NCBI GenBank assembly: GCA_021788365.1
Contig: JAJYKS010000004.1
Coordinates: 28,284 to 92,283, forward strand
Reading direction: 5' to 3'
Source of the DNA: a bacterium
GTDB taxonomy: Bacteria; Patescibacteriota; Microgenomatia; UBA1400; UBA12108
Length of the DNA: 64,000 nt
Position 1 is the first letter of the stretch. Every line of letters begins with the position of its first letter. This document shows positions 9,986 to 19,994 of this stretch, piece after piece. A model generated the notes under the pieces. That model had not been told where the DNA came from. It saw nothing but the letters and a program-made list of their open reading frames with translations, and did not search any database. Both the position numbers and the translations under genes were made by a program.

Positions 9986-11679
9986 GGCGTTGTTGCTCCT
10001 TGCCAATTAGGGTCACAGGTCTTCGTGCCGTTAATGGTTGCACAGGCCTGACACTCCACAGAATAGGTGCCGGCCTTGGCAACGGTAAGCTCTGCGGTTG
10101 TGGCGGTTTTGTTGGTGAGCGTTGTCCAGGAGCCAGTGTCTATGCTATAGCGAAAGTTATATGAGATAGTTGCTACGTCGGCGGGTGTTGTGGCTCCTGC
10201 ACACGTAAGGGTGAGCGTCTTGCCGATGGTTATATCAGCATCGGCCGTATTCTTGGTGAGGCTACTGCAGGCGAGGGTGGGGGTAGAGCTATTGGTCGTG
10301 GTAGTGGTGGTAGTTTTGGTTGTATTGGTAACGCACCCCACACCTTGCACGCCCGTCGTCCCCGCCGCACACGTTGTCCAGTGAGGAATATTGCAGTCGA
10401 CAGGACCGCTTTCGGGGCCGCTACCGCCGTTATATCCATCACTCCCGTTGTTCGTCCGACTCGGCATGTCGTTACACCCAATGCCACCGGGCACAAACGT
10501 AAAACCCTTGGCTATCATCGCAGCAATTTCTTCGGGAGTTTGAGTTGGCATGGTTGCAACGATACTAGGTGCAACGGCTCCAGGTTGCGAATTAGTTATA
10601 TTATGGGTTGTTGCATTGTAGAGTGCAGCAGCATTTGCCGTATCAGGGTTCTGCACAAGATAGCGTTTCCCATTCGATATATAAGTCCCAGCAATATTAG
10701 CCGTTGAACTATTCCAATCACTCTGGCTAGCAGGTTGACCAGTATCGTAGTTATATCCAAACCCTCCAGCCACGTTCGACGTTGCTATACCCGTTCCGCT
10801 ATACGTACTAGAGGTATTTCCGCTGGTATTACCCTGACTTCCACTACCAGAAGTAGATCCCCCAGAGGTATTTACATTAGTAGTTCCACCACCACGAGTA
10901 GGGACAGTATGGGTGCCCACCGTTCCACCAGTATTGTTGTTAACAATAGTACCGCCCACCGCTCTGAATGCACCATCAATGAGCACCACAGCGATAGATC
11001 CTGTTTTTGCCTGCGAATAGTAGTAAAGGCCTCCAACGCCGACAAGCCCCACCATAAAGAAGAGCACTCCAACTATTGTCAGGAGTACTTTCTTTCCTTT
11101 CCCCTTTTTCTTTCCCTTTTGACTCCCCACAAGCGGAGAAGGAGGGACTGGTGGAGTAGAGGAAGCAGCTAGAGGTGGCTCCGGTGGAAACGCAGGAGAC
11201 GATACAGTGAGGGTGGTCGTACTCGTCGGTGTGGCAAAAGCCAAAGGTGGCTCCTCGGTTGCGGGTAGAGCTGGTGTCGGTTGCGGGGTTGGAGGTGTAT
11301 TCGGAGTCATAGCGTCAGACACAGTAGGCGACTGTTCGGAAGGTATCTCGGCGACAGTTGGGGAAGTTAGTGGTTGTGTGGGAGAAAGTGGAGTTGCCGG
11401 CTCCGCAGGGGTAGGATCCACAATTGGCTTAGGCTCTTCGGGAGCTGATAGCGGTGCTGGCTCCGAGGGAGCACCGACAAGCTCAGGAGGAACAGTCTCA
11501 GGAGTGGGTTGTGGTGCAGGAGATAGTTCCGGCGGGATCGCCTCCACGGGTGTCGGGTCAGAAGTTGGTGACGAGGGTGTTTGTGGTACCGAAAGCACTT
11601 CGTCTACAACTTTTTGTGGATCAGGAAGTACCGGTAAACCGTTGGGTGCCACTGGTGTCTGTTGAGTATCATCTGTCAT
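9982..11679 (-). CDS. Pro-rich bitopic membrane protein with Cys-containing extracellular domain
   Basis: About 190-aa Pro-rich N-terminus, Lys cluster then TM, G/S/T-rich region, paired Cys. Confidence 0.7.
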   Translation of the reverse strand: MTDDTQQTPVAPNGLPVLPDPQKVVDEVLSVPQTPSSPTSDPTPVEAIPPELSPAPQPTPETVPPELVGAPSEPAPLSAPEEPKPIVDPTPAEPATPLSPTQPLTSPTVAEIPSEQSPTVSDAMTPNTPPTPQPTPALPATEEPPLAFATPTSTTTLTVSSPAFPPEPPLAASSTPPVPPSPLVGSQKGKKKGKGKKVLLTIVGVLFFMVGLVGVGGLYYYSQAKTGSIAVVLIDGAFRAVGGTIVNNNTGGTVGTHTVPTRGGGTTNVNTSGGSTSGSGSQGNTSGNTSSTYSGTGIATSNVAGGFGYNYDTGQPASQSDWNSSTANIAGTYISNGKRYLVQNPDTANAAALYNATTHNITNSQPGAVAPSIVATMPTQTPEEIAAMIAKGFTFVPGGIGCNDMPSRTNNGSDGYNGGSGPESGPVDCNIPHWTTCAAGTTGVQGVGCVTNTTKTTTTTTTNSSTPTLACSSLTKNTADADITIGKTLTLTCAGATTPADVATISYNFRYSIDTGSWTTLTNKTATTAELTVAKAGTYSVECQACATINGTKTCDPNWQGATTP

Positions 11680-11692
11680 AAGTCCACCATAA

Positions 11693-13063
11693 CTAGAGCG
11701 CAAGTAGAAAAGCGCCTGCTACCATAATCGCAAACCCTATGGCACCAGTCAATACAGTGGGTTCGACAATCCCCGTGACCGGCACCCCGCTGCCCGTTGC
11801 GGGCATCGCGACGCGACCTCCGGCAGTTGACTCGACAATGGGGCTACCCACGGGAGTAGGAGACGGATAAATGGCCGTTGTACTCGCCGACGGGGTCGAT
11901 ACAAATGCTGGGTCACCCGCCGCCGCCTCGACTTTCGACACGGTAAATGTCCGTTCCAAAGTCTGAGCAACTCCCTGTGCGTCAATATAATTGATGGTAA
12001 CCGTATGCGAGCCAGGCGCAAGATTTGCCGGTGGTGTCCACGTCCACGTACCGTTATTCGCGACAGTAACAGTGCCACTATATGGCGTCACCGAGTGTAC
12101 CGTAATAGAAAGTACCGCAGCCGAAGGGCCAGTACCGCGGAACTCCGGTTGGGTCGTTGCAATGGTTTCCCCATCGCTCGCCGGGTTAGAAAGGGTGACA
12201 CTCCCGGCACTCGGAGGTGTGGACCCCAAAGGTTGTACGTTAAATATCCCAGGTACTTGCCCAGAACTCGTCGAAGCAGGCGTAGCAGACGGAGTTGCCG
12301 GCTCCACAACAGCTACATTGGGAATAGCAGCGGCCGCGCGAAAATCGGGATTCTGCCCCATGGTGATGACGGGGACTGGCGTCGAGTTGGCAAGCGAAAC
12401 AGTAGCGGTAGACGTTTGACTACCAGTCTCGACGGTGACAGTAGCAATGGTAGCAGAAGGATCAAACGCCACGTAAGAAGAAAGATCAGTCGTACGAATA
12501 GTTGAGAGTGGTATGGTATATGAACCAGGTGCGTGAACGAGTACTGAAGCAACTTGCGCGTTGGGGAGAGCAAGATAAACGAGCGCGTCTCCAACGCTCC
12601 CTCCGCCAGGGTTCTGGACAGTCCCGTAAAAACTTTTTGCCAAAGGAGTAGTGGTAATAGTGGGACCGGTTGTAACGGTATAGGGAGAGCCGTTATTGTC
12701 GTACGTTGCAGAATTAGACGTAATACGAAAAGCATATTGAGTACTCGGCTGCAAACCAGTCACGGTTACTTGATGAGTGGTATATGAGTCTGGAGCGGTA
12801 GCCGAATCGCGCTCGTCGGCAACTTTTGTAGACAACGCATCTCCTACTTTACCCCACACCACGCTACCGGTCGCCTTTCCAGACGTTATCCACGACACAG
12901 AAAATTTATTATCTGCAGTATTACTTATTCGTACTTTCTGTGGAATAAATTCTGGGTTCACGGCAGACCGCTCTGAACGCAAAAACCACACCCCTCCGGC
13001 AATGCCCGCAAAGAGAAGCACCAACCCCAGCAAAGTAGGAAACCGTTGGGTGAGCAGGTTCAT
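11693..13063 (-). CDS. Fn3/Ig-like surface protein with C-terminal VPVTG sorting signal
   Basis: N-terminal TM; VRISN..FSVSW..VTGLQPSTQYAFRI (Fn3-like); Ig-like GTWTWTP..LAPGSHTVT; VPVTG plus TM. Confidence 0.75.
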   Translation of the reverse strand: MNLLTQRFPTLLGLVLLFAGIAGGVWFLRSERSAVNPEFIPQKVRISNTADNKFSVSWITSGKATGSVVWGKVGDALSTKVADERDSATAPDSYTTHQVTVTGLQPSTQYAFRITSNSATYDNNGSPYTVTTGPTITTTPLAKSFYGTVQNPGGGSVGDALVYLALPNAQVASVLVHAPGSYTIPLSTIRTTDLSSYVAFDPSATIATVTVETGSQTSTATVSLANSTPVPVITMGQNPDFRAAAAIPNVAVVEPATPSATPASTSSGQVPGIFNVQPLGSTPPSAGSVTLSNPASDGETIATTQPEFRGTGPSAAVLSITVHSVTPYSGTVTVANNGTWTWTPPANLAPGSHTVTINYIDAQGVAQTLERTFTVSKVEAAAGDPAFVSTPSASTTAIYPSPTPVGSPIVESTAGGRVAMPATGSGVPVTGIVEPTVLTGAIGFAIMVAGAFLLAL

Positions 13064-13091
13064 CTTATTTTCATAGTAGCACGTCTAGTAG

Positions 13092-13430
13092 TTATGGTGT
13101 AGGGCTCGGAGCCGAACTCGCCGAGGTGGTTGCAATTTGTGCCTGCACAATAGGCGATGGTGGGGGGGTTGCGCTACTCGTAGCCACAAGTGACTGTACG
13201 ATCGTCGCCGCACTCTGTGACAGTTGGGTACGCGCCGAGAGTGATGCCACAGTCGCCTGGTCTATCGTGGGGCTCACGGGGGAAAGGGTAGACGCATCGA
13301 CACCAATAGGAGCCGGTGTTGAGAGTGCACGGTACACGGAAATGGCAACCCAAAGAAATACAACAAAGAGCGTAATAAGAGCTATCTGATAATAATTACG
13401 GCTAATAAGAATAGTACTATGCTTGCTCAT
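13092..13430 (-). CDS. Small membrane protein in PilP position
   Basis: One N-terminal TM; ATGA-coupled to pilO-like gene. Confidence 0.6.
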   Translation of the reverse strand: MSKHSTILISRNYYQIALITLFVVFLWVAISVYRALSTPAPIGVDASTLSPVSPTIDQATVASLSARTQLSQSAATIVQSLVATSSATPPPSPIVQAQIATTSASSAPSPTP

Positions 13431-14125
13431 TTTGATGTCGCTCCCTTATCGCTAGGTAGTGATGTGGTTATTTGTTTTTGATCTGCCATATATGACACAG
13501 TACCAGAAATGGAAAGAGTAACAGTTGCGGTCGAGTCCTTAGTAATAGCTTGGTGAGAGAAAGTAACAGAGGTGATGGTTACTATTCGGTCAAGTGACAG
13601 GAGTGATGTGAGAAACGTAGAGGTTTGTCCGTACGACCCAGCCACTTGAATAGTGACCGGCATAGACACAACGGACTCGGTCTTAGCAAGGGTAAAAGGT
13701 GAAACAATCTGGGAAAAAAGAAGTGTTTCACCGATATTGTCGTTAACGAGAGTCGCCCCACTTTGCGCTGCAAGGATTTCGATTGAACTGGTAAATGGGA
13801 TATACCCAGCATCCGTCGTTGGTATGCTGGCATCTATATAGGAGAGCGAAGGCTTGAGAGCGGTGAGTATGGTTGCCGCGCGCTGTAGCGAGGAGACTTT
13901 TGCGTCAAGTTGCTGCAGAGTTTGCCGCGAATCTTGGATGTCTTTTTGGAGTGAAATAATGGTTGTCAAAGTAGGGCGCAGCGCGAAGAATATAAAGAAA
14001 GCAATAATAAACATCGATAAAACCACCTGTAGCGATATTTGCACCGCAGGTAACCGGTAATAACGTCGCAAATCCAAGTCGTAATGGCGGGCTCTAACTT
14101 GGGAATATTTTGTGGCAGGGCTCAT
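13427..14125 (-). CDS. pilO: Type IV pilus assembly protein PilO-like
   Basis: TM, coiled coil, IQVAGSYGQTSTFLTSLLSLDRIVTI pattern. Confidence 0.75.
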   Translation of the reverse strand: MSPATKYSQVRARHYDLDLRRYYRLPAVQISLQVVLSMFIIAFFIFFALRPTLTTIISLQKDIQDSRQTLQQLDAKVSSLQRAATILTALKPSLSYIDASIPTTDAGYIPFTSSIEILAAQSGATLVNDNIGETLLFSQIVSPFTLAKTESVVSMPVTIQVAGSYGQTSTFLTSLLSLDRIVTITSVTFSHQAITKDSTATVTLSISGTVSYMADQKQITTSLPSDKGATSK

Positions 14126-14694
14126 GTCGTTTTTTGCGCTCCAAGAGTCAAAGTAACATCAAATTGCATCTGCGCATCCTTTGCCCCACCATCCTGAATC
14201 TGGCTAATGGTAACCGCGGTAAAAAATGGGGTGTGTTGAAGTGTCGTGAGAAACTGCCCAAAACTACCAAGGGAAGACGCATAAGCGGTAAAGCTGAGCG
14301 TTTTTGGAGTGATGGTTATGTGGTCATACCATATTCCCGCAGGCGTTGCTTGGGTGAGGAGGGTAAAAGCCCGTGAGATGGTAGTCTGATCTACAAGTGC
14401 TGTTTTAGCAAAAGATATACGCTTCTGAGCTAGGATGAAATCGCGCTCTATTTGGTTATATGAGCCAATAATAGCAACATCCTTGGCAACCGCAGTGCGT
14501 AGATCGGTCATCTGCCGGTCAAGCGCAAAGCGCCACAAAAATGCAAACATGACAATGAGCTGAGTCAAAATAACCGCCCACTTACCAAACGCCAGAGCCC
14601 ACTCGAGGACTATGCCAACAGTACTGGACTCGAACGCATCACGTGGAAGTAGATTGATCGACCTCTTATGGCCGAAAAAAGCGGGCAGCTGCAT
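14122..14694 (-). CDS. pilN: Type IV pilus assembly protein PilN-like
   Basis: INLLP motif, TM, TPAGIWYDHITI; TATACT 7 nt before ATG 14694. Confidence 0.8.
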   Translation of the reverse strand: MQLPAFFGHKRSINLLPRDAFESSTVGIVLEWALAFGKWAVILTQLIVMFAFLWRFALDRQMTDLRTAVAKDVAIIGSYNQIERDFILAQKRISFAKTALVDQTTISRAFTLLTQATPAGIWYDHITITPKTLSFTAYASSLGSFGQFLTTLQHTPFFTAVTISQIQDGGAKDAQMQFDVTLTLGAQKTT

Positions 14695-14743
14695 GTCTAC
14701 CAGTATAAACAAATTTAGGAAAAGTAGGAAGCGGAGTTAAAGA

Positions 14744-15007
14744 TTATTTCGCAAATGGACTAGTCGTGAGCTTCGCACGTGAACCCTTGACGAGGCGCGA
14801 CTTCATACGAGCTGCTGCTCGTGGGGAAACAAGATGTTTTTTAACAGCACGATCAATAGCGGCATAGAAAGCAGAAATAGCCGTAGAGGACGGTGTGGTA
14901 CGTGCAGCCTTGAGCGTGCTCTTCACGCGCCCGGATACGGGGACGTTAGAGGCTGCTCGTCGACGATCGACTCGCTGCTTTTTAATTGCTGATTTCAGAA
15001 GTGGCAT
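14744..15007 (-). CDS. rpsT: 30S ribosomal protein S20
   Basis: MPLLKSAIKK...IDRAVKKHLV..AARMKSRL; ORF-track 5' extension is spurious. Confidence 0.88.
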   Translation of the reverse strand: MPLLKSAIKKQRVDRRRAASNVPVSGRVKSTLKAARTTPSSTAISAFYAAIDRAVKKHLVSPRAAARMKSRLVKGSRAKLTTSPFAK

Positions 15008-15065
15008 GGTGCGTAGTATACCGTACCCCCTGTTCACTGTCCACTGTTCAGGGTAAACTAGTGCC

Positions 15066-16730
15066 ATGTTTGAGCGACTTATGCGTGGCGGCCGAGAGCT
15101 TGTATCAAAAGAAAACTCTTCGATCCTATCCGCAGCTTTCATCATTATGGGTGCCACGTTTCTCTCTGCAATCCTCGGGTTTATCCGTACTCGTCTCCTC
15201 ATTCAATACTTTTTCGGGAACAAGGCAGTGCTCGATGCCTTCTGGGCAGCTTTCCGTATTCCGGACACCATCTTTCAACTCTTGATTGTAGGAGCCCTCT
15301 CCTCGGCTTTTATTCCCATTTTCAGTAAGTACCTGGAAAAAGGGAGGGAAGAAGAGGCAAGTACCATTGCCGCGTCCATGATCAATGTTGTTGTGGGGGT
15401 AATGGTGCTCCTAAGCGTTGGTATTGTCGTATGGGCAGAGCCGCTGTCCCATCTCATTGCTGGTGGTTTTCCAGAGGGACAAATTAAGATAATGGTAAGC
15501 CTTACTCGGGTTATGGCCGTTGCCGACGTACTCTTTGGCTTCTCGTCATTTCTAACAGGAATTATCCAGTCTCACAAGCGCTTCATAGTACCCGCACTCG
15601 CCCCCTCACTCTACAACGTCGGCATTATCCTAGGCACAATATTTTTAAGCAAACCACTTGGCATCATGGGCCCAGCGATAGGCGTCATCGTAGGAGCGCT
15701 GCTCCATCTCGCCGTACAACTCCCCCTCGCTCGCATGCTAGGCTTCCGCTACCGCCCTATTGTGGCACGACATCCGGCGATATCCGAAATGGGGCGACTC
15801 ATGCTCCCTCGCGTCCTAACGCTCTCACTCGCGCAAATCGAGCAAACAGTCGTTATTGCGTTCTCCTCATGGCTTTCGCTGGGGACAGTCACGGTCATGT
15901 CTATCGCTCAACAGCTGGCAAATCTACCAATTCGCATGATAGGCATCACCATAGGTCAAGCCTCACTACCGTTTTTTGCAAAAGAAATGGCACGCGGTAA
16001 CAAAGCGGGACTGGCAGAAATGGTTAACAATGCCATTCTACAAATGCTATACCTGGCACTTCCCGCCTCGGCCATAGTCCTCATATTAAGAATTCCGCTC
16101 GTGCGCTTAGCGTATGGTGCCGGCTCCTTCCCCTGGGCCGATACAGTGACTACGGGTCGGGTTGTTGCCATGCTGGCGCTCGCGATAGCCGCAGGCTCCC
16201 TGACGAATATCGTCATCCGCGTCTTCTATGCCCTGCACGACACCAAGACACCATTTGTAATAAACCTTGTAGCAACCTCCATTAACGTTAGCCTAAGTTA
16301 CTACCTGCTCTTCATAATAAAAACCGGCGTTATAGGCATGGCGTTCGCCATGACCCTTGCTGACACAGTCGAGAGCGTTATCCTCACCATCGTACTCTAC
16401 AACGTCGCCTCGTTCTCACTGAAGAAACTAGGCGTGCCATTTCTAAAAATGCTTCTTGCCTCGGCAGTGACCGCGGTCATGTTGTGGTTGCCAATGCGTC
16501 TTCTCGATCAGTTCATTTTTGACACTACACACACCTTCCCCTTGCTCGTATTAACAGTTATGGTCACGGGCATTGGCTTGGCTGTATACATCATGTTGTC
16601 GTACCTCCTCCACATCCGCGAGCTTGAAGTATTTGTGACACTCCTCAAGAAATTAGGTGACTGGCGCAAATCACTCGTTGCTTCCCCCGAAGCCTTGGAG
16701 CCGGTAGATTCAACCGACCTCTCGGCGTAA
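15066..16730 (+). CDS. murJ: Lipid II flippase MurJ (MviN)
   Basis: SAILGFIR, DAFWAAFRIPD, GALSSAFIPIF, RVFYALHDTKTP. Confidence 0.95.
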   Translation: MFERLMRGGRELVSKENSSILSAAFIIMGATFLSAILGFIRTRLLIQYFFGNKAVLDAFWAAFRIPDTIFQLLIVGALSSAFIPIFSKYLEKGREEEASTIAASMINVVVGVMVLLSVGIVVWAEPLSHLIAGGFPEGQIKIMVSLTRVMAVADVLFGFSSFLTGIIQSHKRFIVPALAPSLYNVGIILGTIFLSKPLGIMGPAIGVIVGALLHLAVQLPLARMLGFRYRPIVARHPAISEMGRLMLPRVLTLSLAQIEQTVVIAFSSWLSLGTVTVMSIAQQLANLPIRMIGITIGQASLPFFAKEMARGNKAGLAEMVNNAILQMLYLALPASAIVLILRIPLVRLAYGAGSFPWADTVTTGRVVAMLALAIAAGSLTNIVIRVFYALHDTKTPFVINLVATSINVSLSYYLLFIIKTGVIGMAFAMTLADTVESVILTIVLYNVASFSLKKLGVPFLKMLLASAVTAVMLWLPMRLLDQFIFDTTHTFPLLVLTVMVTGIGLAVYIMLSYLLHIRELEVFVTLLKKLGDWRKSLVASPEALEPVDSTDLSA

Positions 16731-16749
16731 CCGGTATAATATCTCGACA

Positions 16750-18615
16750 ATGGATAACATTCGCAATTTTTCGATAATCGCCCACATCGATCACGGCAAG
16801 ACAACCTTGACCGATCGTCTCTTGGAGGCAACCGGCACCGTGGAAAAGGGGGGAGAGGAGCGTTTGATGGACAGTAATCCCATAGAGCGGGAGCGCGGCA
16901 TCACCATCAAACTTGCCCCGGTACGGATGCTGTATCAGAAAAATACAAATAAAACTCCACAACTGAAAATTAAAAATAATGACTTGAAAAATGCAGATTC
17001 AGAACAGTATGTTCTGAATCTGATTGACACTCCCGGCCATGTCGACTTTGCCTACGAAGTGAGCCGCGCGCTCCACGCCTGTGAAGGTGCGGTTTTGGTT
17101 GTAGATGCAACTAAAGGTGTTCAGGCTCAGACTATAGCCAATCTCGATCACGCGCGGGCAGAGGGACTTGTCGTGATTCCAGTCATCAACAAAGTTGACC
17201 TTCCCGCCGCCGAGCCTGAGCGAGTGGCAAAAGAGCTAGTCGCCCTCGGGTTTGTAAAAGAAGAAATCTTGTCTGTTTCCGCAAAGACTGGTCTCGGAGT
17301 TCCTGAGCTCCTCGAAGCGATTGTTACTCGCATCCCGGCTCCTACCCCCATCACACCCGGCGCGAAGGGCGCCCACACACCGGGTGTCTCAGAACCGCTT
17401 CGTGCCTTTATCTTCAACTCCACTTTTGATCCTCACCAGGGGGTTATCGCCTTTGTAAAAGTGGTTTCCGGCACGCTAACTCGCCGCAACCTTCACAACC
17501 TCTTTCTCTGGGAGACCAAGGAGAAGCTCTCTGCTCTCGATCTTGGCGTCTTTACACCAAAGATGACTTCTATCGATTCATTGGGAGAGGGGATGGTGGG
17601 ATACGTGGCAACCGGCGCCAAAGACATTCACGACGTGACGGTCGGTGACACGGTAACGACAGTGGGAGAAACAATAACACCCATCCCGGGATATGCCCGC
17701 CCGCAACCCATGGTTTTTATGGATGTCTATCCCGTCGACGCGGACAACTATCGTGATCTGGCAGACGCGCTAGGCAAGCTAGCCTTGAATGACGCCGCCT
17801 TGACCGTTCGGCCCGCCGCATCCCCTGCCTTGGGTCACGGCTTCCGTGTGGGTTTCCTCGGTATTCTCCATGCCGAAATCGTGGTCGAGCGCCTATCGCG
17901 CGAGTTCGGAGTAGAAGTGGTAAATACCTCTCCCTCAGTACCGTACCACGTGACGACTCGTGACGGTAATCTCTTGGAGATCTCCTCTCCCGCCGACCTT
18001 CCTTCGCCAGAGACAATTACGGAAATAGAAGAACCTGTAGTCGCTCTCACCATCTTTACGCCAGAAAAATTCGTAGGCGGTATCATGGACTTGACCGTCA
18101 AAAAGCGCGCCACCTTTGTTGATATGCAATATGTCGCCGATCGGGTAAAACTTTCATATCTCATGCCACTCATTGAGATGATCACTAATTTTTATGATTC
18201 CTTAAAGTCAGTTTCTTCTGGTTATGCCTCAGTACAGTACGACCATGCCGGCTACGAGCCGGTGGATGCAGTAAAAGTAGATATTCTTCTCAATAACACT
18301 CCGGCCGACGCCTTGTCCTTTATTTCCCCACGCGAGTTTGCCGAGTCTCGCGCCCGCGCGATCGCGCTAAAACTCAAGGAAACTATTCCTCGCATGCAAT
18401 TCGAGATTCCCATCCAGGCTGTAATTGGCGGAAAGATCATCGCTCGCGAGACCGTCAAGGCATTTAGAAAAGATGTAGAAGCCAAGCTGCACGGCGGCGA
18501 CATGTCACGGAACCGCAAACTCCTAGAAAAACAAAAGAAGGGTAAGAAGCGCATGAAACAGTTCGGCACAGTCGCCGTCCCTCAAGAGGCATTCACCGCC
18601 ATTCTGAAAATCTAA
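16750..18615 (+). CDS. lepA: Elongation factor 4 (LepA)
   Basis: IRNFSIIAHIDHGKTTL, IDTPGHVDF, KLLEKQKKGKKRMK. Confidence 0.97.
   Translation: MDNIRNFSIIAHIDHGKTTLTDRLLEATGTVEKGGEERLMDSNPIERERGITIKLAPVRMLYQKNTNKTPQLKIKNNDLKNADSEQYVLNLIDTPGHVDFAYEVSRALHACEGAVLVVDATKGVQAQTIANLDHARAEGLVVIPVINKVDLPAAEPERVAKELVALGFVKEEILSVSAKTGLGVPELLEAIVTRIPAPTPITPGAKGAHTPGVSEPLRAFIFNSTFDPHQGVIAFVKVVSGTLTRRNLHNLFLWETKEKLSALDLGVFTPKMTSIDSLGEGMVGYVATGAKDIHDVTVGDTVTTVGETITPIPGYARPQPMVFMDVYPVDADNYRDLADALGKLALNDAALTVRPAASPALGHGFRVGFLGILHAEIVVERLSREFGVEVVNTSPSVPYHVTTRDGNLLEISSPADLPSPETITEIEEPVVALTIFTPEKFVGGIMDLTVKKRATFVDMQYVADRVKLSYLMPLIEMITNFYDSLKSVSSGYASVQYDHAGYEPVDAVKVDILLNNTPADALSFISPREFAESRARAIALKLKETIPRMQFEIPIQAVIGGKIIARETVKAFRKDVEAKLHGGDMSRNRKLLEKQKKGKKRMKQFGTVAVPQEAFTAILKI
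17351..17387. repeat. Double CACACC.GGTGT palindrome element in-frame in lepA
   Basis: tcacacccggcgcgaagggcgcccacacaccgggtgt; encodes ITPGAKGAHTPGV. Confidence 0.7.
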
Positions 18616-18692
18616 AGTTCAGCTCCCATTCAGCAGTATCCTCGATACTTCGATATACGTATACCAAGCAAGCTAAAGTTGGAGGGTTTTGT

Positions 18693-19193
18693 ATGAACAA
18701 AAATATAGTTATGGTGGTTATTGGTATTCTCGCACTTGCAGTCGTTGTCGAGACGGGCTATATCGTCAAAACCAAACTAGGGAGTGACGAACGCGCCGAG
18801 TCGGCCGCCGCTACGCGCGAGCTAGCTGCAAGTCCTCGTGTTGCAGGCACGCATACGGCGCCGCCCCAACTCATGAAAGGCGACAAGCTCGCCGACAGCC
18901 CGCTCGCCAAATCCGCATACGAGGTATATCCCACCATGGATACCTCAGATGCAGCCAAAGCGGCACTCGTCAGCTGGACGGTCACCACCGCCAAAAACGC
19001 GGATGGCACAACCTCGGTCACGTTAACATCAAAAAATCCCGCCGATCCGGCAAGCACCTACAAAGTGAAAACGGGAGAGAAACTCTATTTTGTGGAGATG
19101 AGCGCCGGCGACGATCACGCCGATTCAGACACAGACCTCAACCTCCGCGATGACTTCGGTATAGTAGTTGATGCTTCCGGCATAGTGCAATAA
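18693..19193 (+). CDS. Hypothetical exported/membrane-anchored protein
   Basis: SD ggagg, N-terminal hydrophobic helix, acidic C-terminus. Confidence 0.7.
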   Translation: MNKNIVMVVIGILALAVVVETGYIVKTKLGSDERAESAAATRELAASPRVAGTHTAPPQLMKGDKLADSPLAKSAYEVYPTMDTSDAAKAALVSWTVTTAKNADGTTSVTLTSKNPADPASTYKVKTGEKLYFVEMSAGDDHADSDTDLNLRDDFGIVVDASGIVQ

Positions 19194-19198
19194 CCCGC

Positions 19199-19227
19199 TT
19201 GACACAACCTAGCACTCTAGCTAATAT
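19199..19227 (+). promoter_or_regulatory. Sigma70 promoter of hrcA operon
   Basis: TTGACA-N17-TAATAT. Confidence 0.8.
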
Positions 19228-19235
19228 AGTGCTAA
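19209..19235. promoter_or_regulatory. CIRCE (HrcA operator)
   Basis: CTAGCACTC-N9-TAGTGCTAA versus consensus TTAGCACTC-N9-GAGTGCTAA. Confidence 0.9.
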
Positions 19236-19260
19236 GTATTTATACTGAGTGTGTCGAAGT

Positions 19261-19992
19261 ATGAAACCACTGTCACAGCGCCAAATAAACATTATCCGCG
19301 CCATTGTTGAGGAATATACCTCGACCGGCGAGGCTGTCGGCTCCGAGACCCTGGACAAAAAATATAATCTTGGCGTCTCCCCGGCAACTATTCGCAATGA
19401 AATGGTGCGCTTGACCGACCTCGGCTACCTGAAGCAACCCCATACGAGCGCCGGCCGTGTCCCTTCCCCCCAGGCCCTCAAACTCTATGTCTCCGAGCTC
19501 ATGCGCGAGCAGGAGTTGCCGGTGACCGAAGAGGTTGCCGTCAAAGAACGTATCTGGGATCACCGCAAGCGTTTGAGCGAGCTCTTGCAAGAGACAACGC
19601 GCGTACTTTCTGAGAAAACCGGCACTATTAGCGTTGCCTCGACCGACGATGGGGAGGTATGGAGCAGCGGCTACGCCAACGTCCTTTCCCTCCCCGAGTT
19701 TTTTGATATCGATGTCACCCGCGAAGTCCTCTCCATGGTAGAGTCTCACCGCTTGCTCAATAATATTTTTGCCCGTGTCTCCGAACCCACAACCCTTCAC
19801 CTCATCTTGGGTGACGAATTCGGTCTCGAACACCTCTATCCCTGTGCCATGGCATACGTGGATTTCCGCGCGGGTAGCACTGCCGGCCACATCGGCGTCA
19901 TTGGTCCTGCACGCTTAAATTACCCCTACGTCTATCCCATGCTCCGCCACGTCTCGCATTTATTAGATGAAATTTCAGCTACCTGGAACTAG
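19261..19992 (+). CDS. hrcA: Heat-inducible transcription repressor HrcA (short form)
   Basis: VSPATIRNEM..L..GYLKQPHTSAGRVPS; GVIGPARLNY. Confidence 0.95.
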   Translation: MKPLSQRQINIIRAIVEEYTSTGEAVGSETLDKKYNLGVSPATIRNEMVRLTDLGYLKQPHTSAGRVPSPQALKLYVSELMREQELPVTEEVAVKERIWDHRKRLSELLQETTRVLSEKTGTISVASTDDGEVWSSGYANVLSLPEFFDIDVTREVLSMVESHRLLNNIFARVSEPTTLHLILGDEFGLEHLYPCAMAYVDFRAGSTAGHIGVIGPARLNYPYVYPMLRHVSHLLDEISATWN

Positions 19993-19994
19993 AT

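Noticed and set aside
9690-11660. Pro/Ser/Thr low-complexity tracts as DNA repeats
   Set aside because: Codon-level variation shows protein-level linkers
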